DNA from: Chlamydiales bacterium
GTDB taxonomy: Bacteria; Chlamydiota; Chlamydiia; Chlamydiales; JBDQID01
Length of the DNA: 22,039 nt
Assembly (NCBI GenBank): GCA_047611865.1
Contig: JBLFWS010000041.1
Coordinates: forward strand, 1 to 22,039
Direction: 5' to 3'
Shown: piece by piece, positions 17,679 through 22,039 of the stretch
How positions within the stretch are numbered: position 1 is the first letter of the stretch
How the letters are laid out: every line of letters begins with the position of its first letter
Translations under genes and position numbers: made by a program
Notes under the pieces: model-generated
What the model saw: only the letters and a program-made list of their open reading frames with translations
Databases searched by the model: none
What the model was told of the DNA's origin: nothing

Positions 17679-18464
17679 TTACTCAAGATCTTTATCAGCG
17701 CTTGGGTTATAGGGAATCTTCCACTTCTTGATTAGTGCTAAAAATTCTCCATTTGCCTTCAAAGTACTCAAAGCCTTGTTGAATCTACTTATAAATTCTT
17801 CGTTAGAACTTCCCTTTATAGTTGCTAGCCGTAAACCCAAATCGTTAAGATAAGCTTCTTGAACTACCAACCGCCCCTTGTATAGATTCTGAGTAAATCC
17901 GTATGCTGTAAAAATCCCTAAAATTATTCCATCTACGTCATGATCAATCAAGTGTTCAATTGCCTCGTTAATATGGTCATAATATCTAATAACAATGCTG
18001 GGGTTGATTTTTACATCGTATACAATAGACGAATCTCTGGGTATTCCTACAATTTTTCCGGGCATTTCATCAAGAGATTTAAACTCAGACCCTTCTCGTA
18101 TTACAAGTAACGGGCCTAGTGGTAAATAGTTTTTCGAAAATGTATACTGCTTAGCACCACGGCCCTCTAGGGATAAGGTAGAGATAATAGCATTGTAATC
18201 CCCATTTTCAAATCCCATTTTCAAATTTTCATCTTGGGAGATATTAACTGTCTCTATAGACATATTTTCCAAGCGACCGACTGCTTGAATTAGCTCTTTT
18301 GTGAAAGCCCGAACATTTCTTTCATCCTGTCCCAAATTTAACACATGCCACGATGGCTCTATACCAATTCGATAAGCTTGATTCTCTGGCTCCTTCTCAG
18401 AGCAAGAAATGCAAGCCATTAGAATACAAACAAATAGATGAATAATGTATAATTTCCTAAACAT
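17679..18464 (-). CDS. Polar amino-acid ABC transporter substrate-binding lipoprotein (FliY/GlnH/ArtJ-like), orphan
   Basis: Signal peptide with lipobox-like CISC. Family-3 SBP features YTFSKNYL, KSLDEMPGKIVG and FNKALSTLKANGEFLALIKKW. Start set at ATG 18464; the ORF track start is 18482. Confidence 0.8.
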   Translation of the reverse strand: MFRKLYIIHLFVCILMACISCSEKEPENQAYRIGIEPSWHVLNLGQDERNVRAFTKELIQAVGRLENMSIETVNISQDENLKMGFENGDYNAIISTLSLEGRGAKQYTFSKNYLPLGPLLVIREGSEFKSLDEMPGKIVGIPRDSSIVYDVKINPSIVIRYYDHINEAIEHLIDHDVDGIILGIFTAYGFTQNLYKGRLVVQEAYLNDLGLRLATIKGSSNEEFISRFNKALSTLKANGEFLALIKKWKIPYNPSADKDLE

Positions 18465-18628
18465 AATACCACTTGTATACAAACTTCCCGGAACCTCTCA
18501 GTTCTATGATAACAGTCTTAGCCCTGGATTTCAATAAAACCCGATCATATTCCGAAACGACTTCAAAAATTGTTTTTTGATCCGATCTTTTTCCAAGTGT
18601 TAAAGCGCATAAATCTCAGGTCCAAAAT

Positions 18629-18838
18629 GGCGTTGTTGCATAAAACATTCGTCTACAAGAAGCTTATGATTAAAACTTTACCACCCTGATCACAGAGGGC
18701 ACAGAGAAAATAAAAAATCACAGATCAGTTGAGAGTATGTTCTGAGTGGCTTTATGCATTTTCCTATCTCTCTGTATTCTCGGTGCTCTCTGTGGTTAAA
18801 TAAATGATTGTAAACGTATTAAGTTATGCAACAACGCC
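18629..18838 (-). mobile_element. 210-bp MITE with IS903-group-like ends, copy B (inverted relative to copy A)
   Basis: Perfect 15-bp TIR GGCGTTGTTGCATAA and perfect 9-bp duplication GTCCAAAAT (18620-18628 and 18839-18847). Aligns to copy A without gaps, about 18 mismatches by hand count. Confidence 0.95.
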
Positions 18839-18884
18839 GTCCAAAATTCCAAATCTTGAACTTGTTTCGGTATAAGTTCAATTA

Positions 18885-18913
18885 TTGTAATTTAGGAAAG
18901 AAAAATATATAAT
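18885..18913 (+). promoter_or_regulatory. Putative sigma66 promoter of the permease/SBP fusion - hemH unit
   Basis: TTGTAA (18885-18890), 17 nt, TATAAT (18908-18913). Confidence 0.55.
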
Positions 18914-18959
18914 ATCTCAACTTTAGTTATTATAACGCCCTCATATTATCTGGTTTAGT

Positions 18960-20729
18960 ATGGACAATCTTAAACTCCAATCAAGAAGACCTATGAAAAA
19001 ACATTTTCTGGACTCTAATTGGTTAATTCCCCTGTTAATGCTGGCTCTATTTGTTCTAAGCTGGGAACTTACATGCACTTTGTTCCAACATCTCATTTTT
19101 GTCTTACCCAGGCCTTCTCAAGTCGTTCAGGTTCTCATTGAATCTCCTAATCGATTTATTCTTCACAGCCTTGTTACCAGTAAAGAAATGCTCGGGGGAA
19201 TTGCTATAGCTTTCAGTGCTGCTTTCCCACTGGCCTGGTTAATGCTAAAATACCAGCTTGCCAGAAGGACCTTTCAACCTCTTTTTATTGTTATTCAATG
19301 CATGCCTATGTTTACGCTAGCTCCAATAATGGTGATCTGTTTCGGTTGGTCCTATACCGCGATTGTTATCCCTACAGCATTGATGATTTTTTTCCCCCTT
19401 ACACTCAGCATTTACAAAGGCTTATGCTCCACCCCTCAAGCTTACCTCGATTTATTCAAAGTCAACCAAGCTACAGAGTGGCAAACTTTCTTTAAGCTTC
19501 GCCTTCCCGGAGCCTTGTCCCACATATTTGCAGGACTACGTATTTCTGGAGGAATAGCAGGAATTGGGGCTGTTGCAGGAGAATGGGCAGGGGGACAATC
19601 TGGTCTTGGGATGCTTATGCAAGAAAGTCGTCACTCTACAGATCTTGAGACATGCTTCGCCGCATTTTTCTGCCTAACTGGTATCAGTCTGATTCTGTAT
19701 GCTTCCATTACTTCATTTGAGAGCTTTTTGTTAAATCAAAGAAGGCAAAACTTTTCATCCAAAAATCACCTCTCCGCGCTCCTGATAGCTTTTTGTATCA
19801 CCCTATCTGGCTGCCAGGGAGAGACCCAGGCACCCAAGGAAACACGAATTTTACTGGATTGGTTCCCAAACCCCAACCATGTAGCATTATACGCGGGCGT
19901 TGAAAATGGAATATTTGAGAAACACGGCCTCTTTCTCAACATACAGAAACTCCATGACCCTTCGCAATCAATACCTTATATAAGCTCAGGCCAAACAGAA
20001 CTAGCTATATACTACATGCCTTACACCATTAGGTCTTATTCTCAAGGAGCTAATATTCAAGTATTAGGAGTCTTGGTAAAAGAGCCTCTTGATGGTTTAC
20101 TTGTTCGCTGTGATGCTGAAATCAATACACTCGAAGATTTAAACGGAAAAACAATTGGTTATTCCCTCGGAGGACTAAATTCTGCTTATATCCGTTCACT
20201 GATGAAGAAGCGGAATATCAAACCTGATAAGTGTCGCAATGTTCATTTCGACATCATTAGTTCCATTGGAACTAAAAGTGTTGATGCAACCTTTGGTGCT
20301 TGTTGGAATATAGAAATGGAACACTTAAAATCTCTTGGAGTTGACACAAAGTTTTTCATGCTCCGTGATTTTGATGTCCCCAACTATTATGAGCTCGTTA
20401 TACTTGCTAGTAAATACTTTATAAATCAAAACCCTGATAAGGCAATTAACTTCCAAAAAGCATTACAAGAAAGCATTGATTTCTCTAAAGAACATCCCGA
20501 AAAAGCCTTCGACCTCTATGCCAAAGCTAACCCCGATAAATCTTTAAAAACTCTTATTTGGGAAAAAAAAGCTTGGACGCACACTTATCCTCTATTGGCA
20601 AAAAATCAGGACATCGACCATGATTGCTGGACAAATTTCTGCTCCTGGATGTATGAACAGCATCTCATCGACGATATCATTGAAACAAAAGGTCTTTTCC
20701 CATGTCTGACAAAACCACCTGCTACGTAA
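18960..20729 (+). CDS. Fused ABC permease + NMT1/THI5-type substrate-binding protein (ThiX-ThiY-like; thiamine precursor/HMP uptake inferred); start may be ATG 18993
   Basis: N-half is a SsuC/TauC-type permease (LPRPSQV, FFKLRLPGALSHIFAGLR, AVAGEWAG). C-half begins LLDWFPNPNHVALY and has TLEDLNGKTIGYS and VPNYYELVI, typical of ThiY/NMT1. Confidence 0.85.
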   Translation: MDNLKLQSRRPMKKHFLDSNWLIPLLMLALFVLSWELTCTLFQHLIFVLPRPSQVVQVLIESPNRFILHSLVTSKEMLGGIAIAFSAAFPLAWLMLKYQLARRTFQPLFIVIQCMPMFTLAPIMVICFGWSYTAIVIPTALMIFFPLTLSIYKGLCSTPQAYLDLFKVNQATEWQTFFKLRLPGALSHIFAGLRISGGIAGIGAVAGEWAGGQSGLGMLMQESRHSTDLETCFAAFFCLTGISLILYASITSFESFLLNQRRQNFSSKNHLSALLIAFCITLSGCQGETQAPKETRILLDWFPNPNHVALYAGVENGIFEKHGLFLNIQKLHDPSQSIPYISSGQTELAIYYMPYTIRSYSQGANIQVLGVLVKEPLDGLLVRCDAEINTLEDLNGKTIGYSLGGLNSAYIRSLMKKRNIKPDKCRNVHFDIISSIGTKSVDATFGACWNIEMEHLKSLGVDTKFFMLRDFDVPNYYELVILASKYFINQNPDKAINFQKALQESIDFSKEHPEKAFDLYAKANPDKSLKTLIWEKKAWTHTYPLLAKNQDIDHDCWTNFCSWMYEQHLIDDIIETKGLFPCLTKPPAT

Positions 20730-21685
20730 TTGCCAACTTCGGAGGACCAAGAACTCTTAACGAAGTACAATCCTTCTTAACTGAGCTTCTTACTGACCGG
20801 GACGTTGTCCGAACAGGAATGCCCCAGTGGCTTCATAACATCATGTTTAAACGCGTAGCAAAGAAGCGCACCCCAAAAGTTTCTGAAGAATACAAAGTCA
20901 TGGGAGGGAAATCCCCCATTTATGCTGATACAGAGTATGTAGCAGAGCAGCTTAAGACGCATCTCTCAGCTCCAATTTTAACTTTCCACCGTTACCTACC
21001 TGAGACTCATGGAAAGTTTATTCGTGACATCCAAACAAATTCTTATGATGAAATCATTATTTTCCCCATGTTCCCCCAGTTCACCTATGCAACTACAGGA
21101 AGCATCGCAAGATGGTTTAACAAACACTTACCCAGTCAGATCATTAATAAAATCCGGTGGATCAAATCCTATCCCGCGCACCCTGCCTTTACTCAATCCT
21201 ATGTCAATTGTATTCGTGACTTTTTAAGAGACGAAAGCCTTCCGGAAAACGAGGTTTTCTTTGTCTTCTCTTGCCACGGTATCCCCAAGAAGTTTGTAGA
21301 GCAGGGAGATCTGTATCAAGATGAATGTGAAAACTCCTACAAAGAAATAATGAAGTCATTTCCTAACTCTGAAGGTATACTTGCCTACCAATCAAAATTT
21401 GGTCCTGGGGAATGGCTCAAGCCTTACACCATTGATGTTTCTAAAGAAATAAGGAAATGGAGTAAGGATAAAAAGAACATCGTTTTTGTTCCAATTAGCT
21501 TTACCTCTGACCACTTGGAAACTATCGTTGAAATTGAAAAAGACTATGTCAGCGTCGTAAAAGAAAATCAGCTCAACGCCTACCGTGCTCCTGCACTAAA
21601 CTTTCGCTCTGAGTGGATACACGGAATCTCTAAAATCATTAAAGAGTCAAATTACTGTAATAACCAAATGCTGATTAGGCGCTAA
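20702..21685 (+). CDS. hemH: Ferrochelatase
   Basis: NFGGP, GGKSP, RYLP, PMFPQFTYATTGS, FSCHGIP, YQSKFGPGEWLKP and PISFTSDHLETIVEIE motifs. Overlaps the upstream gene by 28 nt. Confidence 0.96.
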   Translation: MSDKTTCYVIANFGGPRTLNEVQSFLTELLTDRDVVRTGMPQWLHNIMFKRVAKKRTPKVSEEYKVMGGKSPIYADTEYVAEQLKTHLSAPILTFHRYLPETHGKFIRDIQTNSYDEIIIFPMFPQFTYATTGSIARWFNKHLPSQIINKIRWIKSYPAHPAFTQSYVNCIRDFLRDESLPENEVFFVFSCHGIPKKFVEQGDLYQDECENSYKEIMKSFPNSEGILAYQSKFGPGEWLKPYTIDVSKEIRKWSKDKKNIVFVPISFTSDHLETIVEIEKDYVSVVKENQLNAYRAPALNFRSEWIHGISKIIKESNYCNNQMLIRR

Positions 21686-21973
21686 AGCTTTCACTGCTCG
21701 GAAATTTATACCCGGAAAATAGGGCGTCTACCGGATTTTTAAATGCTGTGAAAGATTCCGGTATACAATTCTCGGTATGGTTCAATTCAAGGTAACACTT
21801 TTTCCTAAGCCTATAGGCTGTCTGACCAAAATCTCGGATGACTTAAGAGAAGCGAAGGAATTTGTGCTTATGTAACTGAGTCATGCCCGATCTTCTAAAA
21901 ATGCAGGGTATTAAAATTGATAAACGTTTTGTTCTTTGCTTATATTGGAGAGGTGCCACTACGGTGCAATTAA

Positions 21974-22039
21974 CCACAAGGGTAACACTTTTGTTCACTC
22001 ACATGGGTTACACTGTTTACCCACATGGGTAACACTTTT
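21974..22039 (+). repeat. Short direct-repeat array (19-bp unit, at least 3 copies, reaches the window end)
   Basis: CCACAAGGGTAACACTTTT (21974), TCACATGGGTTACACTGTT (21999), CCACATGGGTAACACTTTT (22021). A partial copy GGTAACACTTTT starts at 21791. Confidence 0.8.

Noticed and set aside
7573..18838. Composite transposon or inversion bounded by the two inverted MITE copies
   Set aside because: Each copy keeps its own separate 9-bp duplication, so they inserted independently and have not exchanged flanks. The enclosed genes are mostly housekeeping.
21811..21910. Possible further MITE beginning TAGGCTGTCTGACCAAAA
   Set aside because: It looks like an IS-type end, but I found no matching inverted end or duplication in the window.
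21974..22039. CRISPR array
   Set aside because: Units are 19 bp separated by only 3-6 nt, far too short for spacers, and no cas gene is in the window.

Overview
AT-rich chromosomal window that looks like an environmental (non-Chlamydiaceae) member of the Chlamydiae. This assignment is inferred from the dxr / ytgABCD / conserved hypothetical / NTT translocase neighbourhood, a YtgC-DtxR fusion, and an oversized SecDF followed by recJ. Minus strand: partial dxr with its own promoter, and an apparent operon mrp - DUF971 - ytgA - ytgB - ytgCR - ytgD. Plus strand: a conserved hypothetical, thpR, an ATP/ADP translocase, secDF, recJ, a ThiX-ThiY-like permease/binding-protein fusion and hemH. An orphan amino-acid-binding protein is on the minus strand. 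Main observations: (1) the Mrp/ApbC protein lacks its cluster-binding CxxC, while the overlapping DUF971 partner has four cysteines where the family usually has Cys3His; this resembles a split HCF101 placed at the head of the metal-uptake operon. (2) A nested set of non-autonomous elements: a CTAG-ended palindromic MITE contains a 210-bp IS903-like MITE, which contains a CACAGAG-repeat hairpin; a second copy of the 210-bp element has a perfect 9-bp target duplication. (3) A DtxR-box-shaped palindrome precedes a candidate CU-rich small RNA. (4) The ATP/ADP translocase has a long structured leader and a DnaA box over its promoter. (5) A short repeat array is cut by the right edge. All calls come from reading the sequence by eye; no searches were run.
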